In this document: piece after piece, positions 1-11,973 of the stretch | How the letters are laid out: each line of letters opens with the position of its first letter | How positions within the stretch are numbered: the first letter of the stretch is position 1 | From: a virus | Taxonomy: Duplodnaviria > Caudoviricetes | Reading direction: 5' to 3' (one strand) | Length of the DNA stretch: 64,000 nt | IMG/VR virus record: IMGVR_UViG_3300028833_000053 | Program-made: the position numbers and the translations under genes | The notes under the pieces: generated by a model | The model's database searches: none | Told to the model about the DNA's origin: nothing | The model's input: only the letters and a program-made list of their open reading frames with translations

Positions 1-158
1 AGGTGGTACATTCTGCTGTTGTTGTTCAACGTCTCGCATACGGCGAACGGACCCGCCAGCTTCAACAAGGTGGAACCGTCCTTGCCGGATTCCTTGATTA
101 GGTCGTAGTCGTGCAAATCCGATTCAACAATGAGTTTCTTGGCTGTTAGTTTTCCCAT
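1..158 (-). CDS. Prohead core protease (T4 gp21-like), N-terminal part; runs off the window
   Basis: Manual translation MGKLTAKKLIVESDLHDYDLIKESGKDGSTLLKLAGPFAVCETLNNNSRMYH resembles the gp21 KLI.E...L.G.F....N.N.R.Y start; late-type motif upstream at 198-205. Not in the ORF track. Confidence 0.7.
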   Translation of the reverse strand, partial: MGKLTAKKLIVESDLHDYDLIKESGKDGSTLLKLAGPFAVCETLNNNSRMYH

Positions 159-197
159 ATCACATCACTCTCTGTTTATGTTCTTTCTTGTATTGTA

Positions 198-236
198 TAT
201 TTACCAAACTCGTTTCAAAAATGGAATTGGTAAATA
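198..236. promoter_or_regulatory. Divergent pair of putative late promoters (GGTAAATA on each strand)
   Basis: TATTTACC at 198-205 and GGTAAATA at 229-236, each shortly upstream of a start codon; resembles T4 late TATAAATA. Confidence 0.6.
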
Positions 237-265
237 TCATTGTAACCGAATAAGGAGACAACAAA

Positions 266-469
266 ATGAAAATCACAAGACACCTTCTCGACAATGGCAT
301 GGACATCATGCATGTAAAGTATTCCAAGGCAGAAATCAAGGCGGCAGTTGAACGCATAAAAGCACACAAGGCGGAATTGGAAAAGAAGAAAGAAGAGGAG
401 AAGAAGCAAGAGGAAGAAGGGGAAACGTCTCGTAAGACGAAGAAAGGAACAAAGAGGAATGCAAAGTGA
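266..469 (+). CDS. Small K/E-rich hypothetical protein
   Basis: AAGGAG RBS before ATG; 67-aa ORF overlapping the next start. Confidence 0.65.
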   Translation: MKITRHLLDNGMDIMHVKYSKAEIKAAVERIKAHKAELEKKKEEEKKQEEEGETSRKTKKGTKRNAK

Positions 470-1349
470 ATTCCCCGTTGACCTTGTTGTAACTTACGTT
501 GACAACACGGACCCTGTATGGCAAGAGGCAATCTCGCAATACGACACGGAGATTGAACCAAAGCGATACAGGAGTTGGGACATTTTTCACTACTGGTTCA
601 GGGGCGTGGAGAAGAACATGCCCTTCATACGTACAGTCCATCTTGTAGTGTCGAACATAGAGCAGGTTCCGAAGTGGCTTGACCAAAGCAAAGTCCATGT
701 GGTTCTGCACAAGGACATAATACCGGAGAAACTGCTTCCCACGTTCAACAGCACGACCATAGAAATGTACCTGTACAAGATTCCGGGATTGGCGGAGCAT
801 TTCATCTATTCCAACGATGACATGATGCCAATCAATCCAATGACGGTTGGGGACTTCTTCAGGGATGGACTGCCCATATACTAGTTGATTGAAAAGGCAA
901 GTTCACGCAACGTATTCAGAATGCAGTGCAAGAATTCCTACAGGCTTGCAGCAGAACTTGCACATCATCCAATACAGGGACTGAAATACTTCTACATCAA
1001 GCACTCCATGGACCCGATGCTGAAGAGCGTATGCGATGAAGTCCATCAAAAAGCCGGCTAGAAGATTCAAAGCGTCTGCACGAAGTTCCGTGAACCATTC
1101 AACTACACGCAATATCTGTTCCCGGACTATGGCTACTTGACAAGTAGGGGCGTTCTTGGAACATACTCTTTCGTGTATGCCAACATTGGAAACCTCAGCT
1201 ATGCCTGTCAGTTGCTTAAAAGCAATTCCATAAGAATTGTGTGCATAAATGATTCTGGCAAAGTCAAGGACTTTGAACTGGCAAAACAGATAATGACGCA
1301 AACCCTGAACTAGAGGTTTCCACACAAATCGAGGTTTGAAAACCAATGA
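459..1349 (+). CDS. Stealth-family capsular polysaccharide phosphotransferase (3 in-frame TAG)
   Basis: CR1 VDLVVTYVDNTDPVW and CR2 HKDIIP..LPTFNS..IE..IPGLAEHFIYSNDD. Reading through TAG at 882, 1059 and 1311 recovers CR4 VCIND...FPHKSRFE; ends TGA overlapping the next ATG. Confidence 0.9.
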
Positions 1350-2026
1350 AACTTTCAAAACAGGTGTTAGACACGCTTCGTAGAAACTTTGCCATGAGGT
1401 TTATGGCAAAGCATCCTTTGATAATAGGAAACAATTGCCTTTCATCATATGTCTATTCTTGTTCCCAATCCCAATTCAATACCCCATTTGTATGGTCTGT
1501 TGTTTCCCCCAAAGACATGTTGTTTTTGATGGACAACTTCTGGAACATTGACTTCAATGACGTGGAGTTTAGTTTGGTATAGCAAACAACATAGATTTTT
1601 AGTAAAGAATATGTAAAAGCATGTATAAACAAAAAAGTGGATATACATTTCATACACTATATTACACACATTGAAGGTAAAGGAACTAGAAACAACTTGG
1701 TTTCGGATGAAATACTTGACATAGCCAAGGAAAAATATTTTAACCGTTTGCAAAGAATGATGCAAATGAAGGGAAATGCAGATCCCTTTTTCATGGTCTA
1801 CGTTAATTCTTCTGAAGATATGAAACTTGAAGGGTTTGAAAATGCCATACACGAAATGAAGAATAGAAAAGATGTCCATATAATATATCAAAGAACAGAT
1901 AAATCGGACAATACATTCAAGGATGATTATTCAAACCTGTTCATATATGACAGGAAGAAAAAAACCAGAATCCAAGAAGGTATGTTGTATACTTTATTGG
2001 AATACTTGAACGATCAATGCAATTGA
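1346..2026 (+). CDS. DUF1919-like exopolysaccharide biosynthesis protein (2 in-frame TAG)
   Basis: IIGNNC..Y...FNTPF motif, IHFIHY and Y..RL.RM; fragments 1346-1582 and 1637-2026 are in one frame separated only by TAGs. Confidence 0.7.
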
Positions 2027-2035
2027 GAAAAAACA

Positions 2036-2896
2036 ATGTCAAAAAAGAGGAATAAGTTCATCCGCTGGGTTTCCCAATTGAAAATATGCACCTTGATGAC
2101 CAAAGAGGATATTAGGGAGGCTGAAAATTTCTACGAGAATAAATAGGGCAGGGAAGAAATAACCATCTGCATGGCTACACATCCTCCAAAGGGAATATTG
2201 TGGAAAAACGCATATTCGGATTTACGAGAACAATGCGATAGGTTTATCCTGGTTCTCGGCGGCGACTACTGCATCAATGGAATTCCGGATGGGTTTCTTG
2301 ACGATAACCATAAACGCGACATTGAATCGGGAAAATTGAAGATTGTCATTGCCGGAAAGGACGGACTTCCAAAAGACAAGGGATGCCAGAACAAGTTCAT
2401 GTTCTATGGTGATTTTCCAGGTTACTACTGCACATTTGACGATGACTTCAGATGGTCGAAGAATTGCGTATATCAATTGATTCAAAAATACGAAGCATAC
2501 AAGAGAAAAGCCATCGTATCCTTTCTTGGATTTAGATATTCAACGAAAAATGGGAAGATAAATACCAAAAAGAAACATCCTGTTCATTGCATTAGATGCC
2601 ATTTAGACTAGCCTTGCCACATAATAGGTGGTGGTTGTTCCGTGTCAAGACCAATTGACTTCAATTTGACGAAAAACGAATTCCTAGATTAGCCTAAAAA
2701 CATGGGTGATGACGAAATTCTGGCTTTGTGGGCATAGCGGAACAATGTGCCATTGATTGCTGTAGACAACACCCATTGTTTAATTGAATCCCAGAAATAC
2801 GATATCAAAATAGCTCTTTGTTACATTCACCGACTTGACGACCATAGGTTCAAGGTATTAAACACATATTCAAACTGGCATTTGGTTACGCCTTGA
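2036..2896 (+). CDS. GT-A fold glycosyltransferase (4 in-frame TAG)
   Basis: ICMATHP, KF..Y..TFDDDF, IIGGGCS, DDEILALW; continuous frame from ATG 2036 to TGA 2896; paralogous to 11974-12639. Confidence 0.75.
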
Positions 2897-2901
2897 TGAC
2901 G

Positions 2902-4017
2902 TTAACTTCCACTCCCGCTACTGGAACCACTGCTTCCTGAATCTCCATGAAGTACAAGAAGTCCGTCAATGCAGTAGCAAATCACTGGGAAGGTATTTCC
3001 TGACGAAGATACACCCAAATACCAAATAGGGGCATTCTATGCCACGTCGGCTCTTGTTATTCCATCAAACCAAACCTCGGTAAGATTATCACATCCGTAG
3101 AATGCCCCCATCCCAATGTCACTCGGAGACGATATTGAATCGGGTATGGCTAATCTTTGCATATTATAAAAGCCTCTAAATACGCCGTCATCAAGATAAG
3201 TTACGGAAGTTCCTATTTGCATTTCCTCAATGTCCTGTTCATATACGGGAAAATAAGCACTCCATGTATTATAACTTACCATTCCTTCAATTAAAGCTGA
3301 ATAACTAACATGCCCTACAGTAGTTAGTGAAGTTTCACGCCCGCGTATTTCCTACGCGCTTCCTTCACTACTGCTTCCCTCACCACCATTCAACACAAGC
3401 AACCCGTCCTGACAATGCACGATTACGGGCCATGTTGCCCAGCCTGAGATTTCAAATCCCAATCCCCAATCAGACCCGCCATGAATGGAAACATAATCAC
3501 GCTGGAAACTCTCCATCCACACTTCTTGTAAACCATTACATCCCCAAAACGCCCCCAACCCTATTGATGGTGTACTATCTATTGTCACGCTCGTCAGACC
3601 TCTGCAGCCGGAGAACGCAGACTCCCCGATGCTCGTCACGCTGTTAGGAATCGTCACGCTAGTCAGGCCGCTGCAATCGGTGAACGCATTCCACCCGATG
3701 CTCGTAACGCTATTGGGTATTGTCATGCTCGTAAGCCCACTGCAATTGTAGAACGCCTGATACCTGATGCTCGTCACGGTGTTTCCAACTTCCACTGCAA
3801 CAACATCTGTTCTTGAATGTCCGTCAATGTTGTCTATCTTTGCCTGTGTCAGTTCCCCAGTTATGGCAACGTCGGAATATGCCGCATCCCTTGATTGCAC
3901 ATTTCCGCTTCTAGGTGCAGTCCACCACAGTCGGGTCAAAGCCGGGTCTCTGTAACCATTTGTCATCACGTTGATGCTACCACCAACCAGTTTGTCCACA
4001 GTAATTTTTATTGCCAT
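2902..4017 (-). CDS. BspA-type leucine-rich-repeat protein, two tandem modules (2 in-frame TAG)
   Basis: Repeats [19 protein letters not shown]; both modules end W.LG..T.PVI..C.DGLLVL.G..GSS; TAG at 3352 and 3037, TAA at 2902. Confidence 0.85.
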
Positions 4018-4047
4018 TTTTATCCACCTATTGAACTTGTATAACTT

Positions 4048-4086
4048 TATTTACAAACAAAACATCAAATACGGAAATGGTAAATA
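4048..4086. promoter_or_regulatory. Divergent putative late promoter pair
   Basis: TATTTACA 4048-4055 and GGTAAATA 4079-4086. Confidence 0.55.
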
Positions 4087-4105
4087 CCTGAAAGAGATTT
4101 TACCA

Positions 4106-5245
4106 ATGCAGATAAGAAACTGGAATAGCGAACTGCGCATAGCAAACATCATGTTCGCCTCGTTGTTCAGGAACTTCCGAATAACAAGGTCATAGGACTC
4201 GGAAAACAAGACCGTCGAGACGTTTGACGTTCCCGTTGTCATCGCCGACCGCAGCCGCATATTCAAGAACTTGGAGAAGTCAGGATTGAAGTTGCCATTG
4301 ATAACGGTGTAGAGAACGGGCATTTCGGTGGCAACGTCAAGGATAACAAACCTCCACAACGAAATCAAGAACCAGGAAATGGAGGGGCGCATAAACTACA
4401 ACCTCTATACTCCATGCCCAATTGACCTTCAATTTTAGGTGACGTTGGTTTCAAGATGGATGTCCGACATTGACATGATGCTTGGGCAGATAATGCCGTT
4501 CTTCAACACGGACGTCTACGTTTCCCACAGACATCCAAAGTATTCCAACGTGAAGTATTCATCCCAGGTTGTGATGTCTCCAGACATAAGCATAGAATCC
4601 TCTCCCGACATTTCAAATGACACGGATGAAATCCACACCGCCCAATTGACGTTCACCTACAAGACGCACATATTCGGTGGAACGGAACAGGCTAAACTTT
4701 CCGCAATCAATCCATACACCGCGCCCATTACGAAGATTGGCATTGAACTTCACGCCGTCCCCTATCTTGAACCGGATGATGGCAATATCCCATACAACAC
4801 AAGCGGACATCTTGAAGGACATAATTCGGACATAAACCACAAGGAGATGACCATAGAGAACTACCTTGGAAAACTTGACAACGGTGAAATCCCATATCCG
4901 GAGTATGAAATGATTGATTGGATATTGGACTACGAAAGGAATCCTGAAACAGGAGAGCTTGAACCTGTCACAGATCCAAACAAACCCTTTGCATATACAC
5001 CACAAGCGGGTGATGGTCTTACATATGTCAACAAACGCCACAGGCTTTATGATTAGGAAGTTGAAATAACTCCCGATCACATGAAGAAAACCATACAGTC
5101 CCAAAACTACGTCAATCAATGGGGGTTGCCTTATACAGAAATCGAAACAAGACCTTGGAACGATGCTGGAATAATAAGCGAGGTGACAGAAGAAGATCTC
5201 CAGAAGGAGAACCCCATGGGAACGGATGACTACACACCTTATTGA
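4106..5245 (+). CDS. Tail terminator / sheath stabiliser (T4 gp15-like; 4 in-frame TAG)
   Basis: FASLFRN..I.R, VPV, LPLITV, P.PIDLQF.V, D..LGQIMPFFN match the gp15 pattern; continuous frame with TAG readthrough. Confidence 0.75.
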
Positions 5246-6480
5246 TTGAACATTTCAATATTCAGGTTTTTAATGTCTTTACCTCGCAAGATGATAACAT
5301 TATTTGCCAACATACATTGATGCTTTGCTTCCATGACTTTGCATCTCCACTCGTACTCTTCATCAGACAAGTCTCCTTTCCATGTCATGTACATTTCTTC
5401 TTCTCCAGTTGTTTCGTTTATCCTGAAGAAGTTGTCGCCCTTGACTTCCACTATTCTGTCACCAACAAGAAAGTCTGGATGATAATAGTGTCTCGTTCCT
5501 TCGCAATAATATGGGATGGCTATAGCTGGTTGATACTTGAATTGGATATTGTGTTCAACAAGAAAGTCATAGACCTTGAACTCCCATGATGTAGCGAATT
5601 CCATATCAGGATACTTTGGATTTGTGTATTTCCATTTTCGTGTATAGTCATTAGATTGCTGATAATAATCAACACCCCATTTATGTTGACAGGTTTTTCT
5701 CGCTTTCTTCATTAACTCTTTAGAACGAGCAGGATTATCGACACCAAATCTATCAAGACAAGTCTTTTTGGCTTTCTTCATAATCTCATTTGATTGTAAT
5801 GGATGTTTGACCCCATGTCGTTTCAACATGGTTGCTTTACATTTATTATAAACTTCTATTGAACATGTTGGTGAATTTCCTCCATACAGAACCCTATTGG
5901 TGCGCTTTGCCTTTTCCTGTATTTCCTTGCACTTCATAGGATTGTCTACGCCAAGATTTTTCATTAATGTTGCTTTAGACTTCTCAATAACACTTTGAAC
6001 TAATAGTGATGATTTAACACCAAATTTGTTCATGTTTCCGTCAATAACTCGCTGCCCAAACGAAGGATCTTCGTTGTTACACTTCAAACAACAAAATTTG
6101 CTTATTCGATTTCTTTTATCGTCCCAACCAACAAAATTGTGAGTTGGGCAATTTGGGTTTTGGCAAATCGGTGGTTCAGTTATATTGTGTTCTATGCAAT
6201 ATATTCTTGCCCTGATGGGAACCTTCTTATCTTGGTAAAATATATTCCACAAAGAAGTTCTATTACACAATTCAAGATATAAGTTTGGACTGACTTTACT
6301 TAAATTGCAAGATAACCACCAATATGTGTTATGCCCTTGAATATTGTGTATCAATTGAAGCAACTCCAAGTTGGAAATTTTCTTCAATTCTTCTTCACTA
6401 TAGTGTATAATTTCTTTAGTCATTTGTGATACCTCGTATATCATAAGTGATTTGGTGGTTGGGATGCCAGTCTCAATCAC
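5239..6480 (-). CDS. Free-standing homing-endonuclease-like protein (KT...K.GV.NP repeats + PD-(D/E)XK domain)
   Basis: Five or six KT...(F/Y)GVxxP repeats; C-terminal SWE...YHPDFLV..IVEVKG; AT-rich. True start may be 6443 or 6423. Confidence 0.7.
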   Translation of the reverse strand: MIETGIPTTKSLMIYEVSQMTKEIIHYSEEELKKISNLELLQLIHNIQGHNTYWWLSCNLSKVSPNLYLELCNRTSLWNIFYQDKKVPIRARIYCIEHNITEPPICQNPNCPTHNFVGWDDKRNRISKFCCLKCNNEDPSFGQRVIDGNMNKFGVKSSLLVQSVIEKSKATLMKNLGVDNPMKCKEIQEKAKRTNRVLYGGNSPTCSIEVYNKCKATMLKRHGVKHPLQSNEIMKKAKKTCLDRFGVDNPARSKELMKKARKTCQHKWGVDYYQQSNDYTRKWKYTNPKYPDMEFATSWEFKVYDFLVEHNIQFKYQPAIAIPYYCEGTRHYYHPDFLVGDRIVEVKGDNFFRINETTGEEEMYMTWKGDLSDEEYEWRCKVMEAKHQCMLANNVIILRGKDIKNLNIEMFNQ

Positions 6481-6558
6481 CTTTACTATTTACAATTATA
6501 CGAAATAAATAGTAATAGCATATATTGTGATTAAGGACATGCTTGTATAATTCAATGT

Positions 6559-7008
6559 ATGGACAATTCACATACATTCTACATTTGCTACCAACTTGAA
6601 AAGGACTCCGAACTAAATGGAAACAAGATTGTTTCCGGTTTCTACAGATATACCTATGACCTTTCCGGGGTTGACGTTCCAAATCCTTGCCAATATTCCA
6701 AGGACCGATATGAATGGACTGATTGTGACACGTTCAAGAGCCTTGCGGAGTTCCAGGACTTCTTTGACAAGAAGATTGAACCAAAACCCATCAAGTTCGA
6801 GCAAGAGAACTATATCGAGACCATGACGTATCGTGGAAAGGCCGTACCCATATTCAACGACGACTACGGGCAATGCTTCTACTGCATATTCAACAACGAA
6901 GTGCTTTCATTCGGTTCGTTCCAACCCGATTACGAATATGAAGTGAAGAGCCTTATTGACTACGAAATCGACAAACGCCCTCCAAACATTTCTTCTTCCC
7001 ACGCATAA
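6559..7008 (+). CDS. Hypothetical protein
   Basis: 149-aa ORF with TATAAT shortly upstream. Confidence 0.7.
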   Translation: MDNSHTFYICYQLEKDSELNGNKIVSGFYRYTYDLSGVDVPNPCQYSKDRYEWTDCDTFKSLAEFQDFFDKKIEPKPIKFEQENYIETMTYRGKAVPIFNDDYGQCFYCIFNNEVLSFGSFQPDYEYEVKSLIDYEIDKRPPNISSSHA

Positions 7009-7044
7009 TGATTGTTGTTCCGGAATGGTAAATACCTTTATCGT

Positions 7045-8517
7045 ATGGCAGAACAACACGAAGAGATTACCCAATATCTGGACAACATACAGTTCCTCTC
7101 ACCTAACGAGCCTATAACCCGCTAGGGGATTGAGCGCATTCTGAAACAGATGAACAACGCCACGTTGGACTTGGAGTATTACCTTGGGGCGGGAAAGAAA
7201 ACCATCGTGATGTGGAACCCGAACCTCTCCTATGACAAGGACGAAATCGTGTTGTACTACAAGACGGAAAACGAGCAACGGGCCCCTGAAGTTGAGAAAA
7301 GGGAATTCGTGTTCGTGCTTGTGTCAACGAAGAACGGCAACACGTCGATGCCGAACTACACCTTGGTTGATGGCATTCCCGATTTCGGAAAGTCCAATTG
7401 GCGTTTGATGAACCCCCTTTCCTACCTTTTGCAAGACCTCATAGGGATGCGTGAAGTTGTGAAGGAAGTGTTCGAGAACTTGTTGAAGGAGCATGTTGAA
7501 GAGGAACATGGTCTGCTTGGAAGTGAGGACATTGCCAGCAACTTGGTGAAGAAGGACTATTCCAACCTGAACGCAACTTGGAACATGGGTTCTTTGGCGT
7601 TGGGCATAAACGGCGGCGGCCAAGTTGAAAAGACGGACAAAATCACCTACCTCTGCAAGTTGAACTCCAATGGCGTGATGGAGTACCAAATAAAGTATTC
7701 CTTCGACTCAAAAGCCAATCAACTCATCCGCATAAAGGACAAGAGGTACTATTACGAAAAGTCCCCCATTTGGGATGAATCCGACCAGTCCATCTTTTCA
7801 CAGAAATACACGGAAGACAATTTGTTCTCTGTAAACGTCAACAAGCGGGAGACTGGACTTGGCGATGAGCAGATTCGCATACGCGACTTGATATACACGG
7901 AAATCCAAAACTACCTTGGGTTGCACATCTACGAAGGGAACAACTCCGATTCACGAAATGCGGTGCGCGCCGATATGGAAAAGCTTTTGGAAGGGTTCAA
8001 GTAGAAGAAGGACATACTTGAATACACAATCAGCCTGAACAAGGCAAGTGAAAACGATTGGCGTTTGGCGTTTGGTTGGAAGGTTATACAGGAAGACGCG
8101 GTGTTAATGTCGGAGTTTCTGTTCAAGACATCCAACATCGTGTTCCAGAAAAACACCACCCAGACCAAACTTGAATACGTCTCGTTCTACAACTTGAGGT
8201 ATGGCACTAACGTGTTTCATTCACAAATAGAGTTCCCCGAGGATTTCCCCCAGTTCGTGAATGACCAGTACATGGTGTTCTTCGACACGTATGGAAATGG
8301 AGATTTCGTCTTTGGATATGACCGTGACGAGATAATGTCAAAGGACGAACCCACCTATGACGCGGTTGTTTCGTTGCCAATGCTGATGAACAAGACGGAA
8401 AGGGGATTTGACGTGGTGCTTCCTGTGCATACGTATTTCAATTCAATGCAAAAATACAACGTCGGCGTTCCGTGGAGCAACGTGTTCACGATGCAGGTGA
8501 TAGGGCGTTACAGATGA
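7045..8517 (+). CDS. Putative virion structural protein (2 in-frame TAG), 490 aa
   Basis: Late motif 7027-7034; ATG 7045; TAG at 7123 and 8002 join ORFs 7150-8004 and 8065-8517. Confidence 0.7.
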
Positions 8518-8538
8518 AGATTTAAGAGGTAAAGAGAA

Positions 8539-10374
8539 ATGAGCGTAGAAAACCACAGACATTGCCAAGCCACAGTATTGTCGGCAAGCGGAACGTCAAA
8601 AGGGGGAGGAGCCACTTGGAACACCATAAGCGGCTTGAACACCCTTACCAATTTGATGCCAACAAACTGGAAAAACAAATTCCTCAACAACACGTCCAAC
8701 ATAACACAGGACTTCAAGTCAACGTTGGAGATAATAAATGACACCGCGGCTTCCTTGAAAAGTTCCATCACCAACCTCACGAACACGGTCAATGGATATG
8801 GTGGAAGAATCCAGAACATCGAGGGGTCTATGGGCAAGCTCTACAATCAGAACATCGCTTGCTACATTGCGCCAAACCAAGCATATTTTGATGTTTTGGT
8901 GGAAAAAGGAATCTTGGAAAAACACACTGACGATGGAACATACTATACCGTGAAAAGCGGACACAACCCCATTGACTACATGTCATATTGTTATCTGGTT
9001 TCGGGTCAGCAAAGGATATATCCAGGAAGCGACTCCAATTCAAACCTTGAAAACCAATACAAAAACAATGGCAAGGAAGATTAGAAAAAATATCCGTTGT
9101 TCACGTTTAACAAGGCAATGGTGTACTTGGCTAGATACAGGTCTTCCGGTTCCATAACATACCATGTGAAAACCCAATTTGGGGACTACGACTATGGAGA
9201 GACTTTTCAATCCGTAAGGCTGGTTGACGCTCAAGCGGGTTCCACCTTGTTGATTTCGCCAGAAATGACAATTGAACAACAAGAAAGACTTGCTGGCTAT
9301 ATAGGCGGGGAGTCCTATTTCACTGGAAGCACATATCAAGACAGCGGACTTGTCCGAACGCGCTTTGTATGGAATGACAGGGAAAAACTCAACCCCAGTG
9401 ACACAAACTATAAAACCGCTAATCAATATTGGTCAGCATGGTAGTCCCACATAGCATTTTATGACTCTGTAACCATATGTAGAGAGGTTGGGTTTGCCCT
9501 GCAACGCAAACGTCCAATTGAAGCATACAACAAACATGGCATGACATATGATGTCATATAGGTGAAAAGTGGGACGGTGTATTTCTATCAATGTGTTTTC
9601 AGGAACAGTTATTTCCACTCAAACACCGCCCAAGAACCTCCAACCATCAGTTTCCATTGGAATACGGTAAATCCAGACTATTTGAGAACATCCACTTACA
9701 GACTTCCATATCTCAAGAGCGATTGGGAAGGAAAACCCGATGCAGAGAAAACGTTCAATCAAAACAATGTAGCAAAATGGCAATTGCCAAGTGTGTTTGT
9801 TGATGATAGCCCTCCGGATGGCGTAACTAGTACAGACGGCAAAAACAAGATAGCTACACCATATATAAGATTGGGGGCAGGTGAAAACGCAACTATGTTG
9901 ATGCAACTTTCCTATATTATATTCCGTAACAAACGCGACGCAGATTATCTTATTAGCATTGGCTCGGGTGATACATTAAAAATTTAGATGGCATATAATC
10001 TTCCAAGCAGGTTGGTGTTCGTCAATGATGGATGTGGGTTCACAAGAGCACCAATATAGTTCACGGCAATGACACAGGGAGTTATGAACCAATCTGGATT
10101 TGATCCCAACACCCATATATTAGAAACCACAAGCGATCAATTGCAAATACATTTCGTTGACTCTACAACTTCAACTGTGCCATCGTGGTTGAAATGCCAA
10201 ATGGACGTAGTTAGTACATCAAATTCGCATAAAATAATCAACGCCACCAATAAAATAACTAACCACAAGGACTATGACCCGGAACATGGAAACTACAATT
10301 TGATAACCCGGTATCTATGGACGAATAACAATATGGTATTTTTCAATGGCGCATCCATTCCAACAGGTAAATAA
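8539..10374 (+). CDS. Putative tail fibre / virion protein (5 in-frame TAG), 611 aa
   Basis: Four track ORFs share one frame separated only by TAG; N-terminal coiled segment and S/T/N-rich composition. Function is inferred. Confidence 0.65.
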
Positions 10375-10381
10375 AAATGTC

Positions 10382-10606
10382 ATGACAACTTTTCAAGAAG
10401 ACATACAAAACGCAAGAAAGTGGGTGGATAAAAACAAAATAGACTTAATCTATCCAACTGAATCAAGGGAAGAACTTGACTAGATTTGGAGACGCTGGCA
10501 GAAACTCCCAGATAGGGACAAGATGAAGTCCGACGAAAAGTCCATTGAGATTTTCGGAATGGACAACGCCAGCCACTACGACATACTTGGACTGCTCTAT
10601 GTATAA
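10382..10606 (+). CDS. Small hypothetical protein (1 in-frame TAG)
   Basis: MTTFQEDIQNARKW...ELD*IWRRW...LLYV fills the gap between two genes. Confidence 0.55.
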
Positions 10607-10615
10607 TTCCAATGT

Positions 10616-11239
10616 ATGACATTTCCATTCATAAAGCACTTTGGCAAGAATTATCAATAGATAAAAGAATGTGGCATTGAGAACAAGTTCCGCATTGTCG
10701 GAGACCTTGCCGTTGTAAAACCATTGAACAATGACAACGTTTTCCTGGTAGACGTTGAAACTTGGGACAAATTGCCCTGGTCAGGTTGGAAAATCAACAA
10801 GTCGGGCTATGTTTCATGTTGCAACGTGCCACTTCACCAGATAGTGGCGTACTTGAATGGAATCGAGTTCAACCGTGACACGGTGATAGACCACAAGAAC
10901 CGTAACCGCCTTGACAACAGGTTTGAGAACCTACGCCCATGCACCGCCATAGAAAACGGATGGAACAACGAAAGGAAACACGGGCACCAGTTGAAGAACG
11001 GCAAGTGGAAGTTCACCTTCAGCAAATCCTATCCAACTATGGCTGAAGCAGAGCAAGGTCTAATCAACGAGGGTTTCCAGTACATGAGCAAAAACAGAAC
11101 GTGCTTCATCACGGAAACATTTGATTCATACGAAGATGGATATTGGTGGTGGAGGTATCAAGCAGGAATCCACTATGGGGAATTCTCGCCATTTGCGAAT
11201 CCATACAAAAGCTGTGAGGAAATAATCAAAGGAAACTAA
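10616..11239 (+). CDS. HNH homing endonuclease (1 in-frame TAG)
   Basis: FLVD, GYV, LHQIV, IDHKNRNRLDNRFENLR motif. Confidence 0.85.
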
Positions 11240-11253
11240 ATAAGAGCCACCAG

Positions 11254-11964
11254 TTAAGCTTCTTTTTCCACCCAACCTTTTTCGATCAAGAAGTCCCGAA
11301 CATATTGTTTCTTGAATACATAATTTGAAAATGCACATTTAATCATTGCGTTTGTGGCATTTCTATTTCGTGGATGTATATGTATTCCAGAATACACATA
11401 ACAGCACCTATCAAATTTCTTGATTTTGCAATCCTCTATTGAATCATATTGCGCAAAGTGCCAATAAATATCCTCACCCAAATGGATGTTTTCATGGGAA
11501 AATGGCTGGAACTTGTCCGATCTAAATATCATACTGAAGGGCGCATTTGGAGATGTCCAATTTGCTTGTCTCCATCTGTTTCTCCAATGCCATTTGATAA
11601 ACATAAGTTCCATATCTTTATTCACTGAATAGAACTCATATATACGTTGAAGTACATCATTTGACTCCAATTTATCATCTCCATCAACAAACCAAATGAA
11701 ATCTGAGGGTTGGGAATTCAAAGATTGGTAGTACCCTTGATTCCTAGTTTCCCCCGGACCGAGATTTTTAGAATTCCTGACAATGGTGAATTTTCCAGGA
11801 TGTTCACTAGAATAATTCATCAACACGTTATAAGTATTGTCACTAGAATAGTCGTCCACACATACAACATGGTAATTTGCAAACGTTTGATTCATGATTG
11901 AATCAAGTGTTACACCTATTGTATGTTCCACATTGAAACATGGTATTATAAACTTGATAAACAT
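11254..11964 (-). CDS. Glycosyltransferase family 2
   Basis: IIPCFNVE, VDDYSSD, N.GPGETRN, FVDGDD, GED. Confidence 0.92.
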   Translation of the reverse strand: MFIKFIIPCFNVEHTIGVTLDSIMNQTFANYHVVCVDDYSSDNTYNVLMNYSSEHPGKFTIVRNSKNLGPGETRNQGYYQSLNSQPSDFIWFVDGDDKLESNDVLQRIYEFYSVNKDMELMFIKWHWRNRWRQANWTSPNAPFSMIFRSDKFQPFSHENIHLGEDIYWHFAQYDSIEDCKIKKFDRCCYVYSGIHIHPRNRNATNAMIKCAFSNYVFKKQYVRDFLIEKGWVEKEA

Positions 11965-11973
11965 AGTTTTATA

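Noticed and set aside
3590-3790. Diversity-generating retroelement template/variable repeats
   Set aside because: These are ordinary LRR-coding repeats; no reverse transcriptase or adenine-specific mismatch pair was seen.
5239-11239. Group I introns around the homing endonucleases
   Set aside because: The flanking genes appear complete, so the endonucleases are free-standing.
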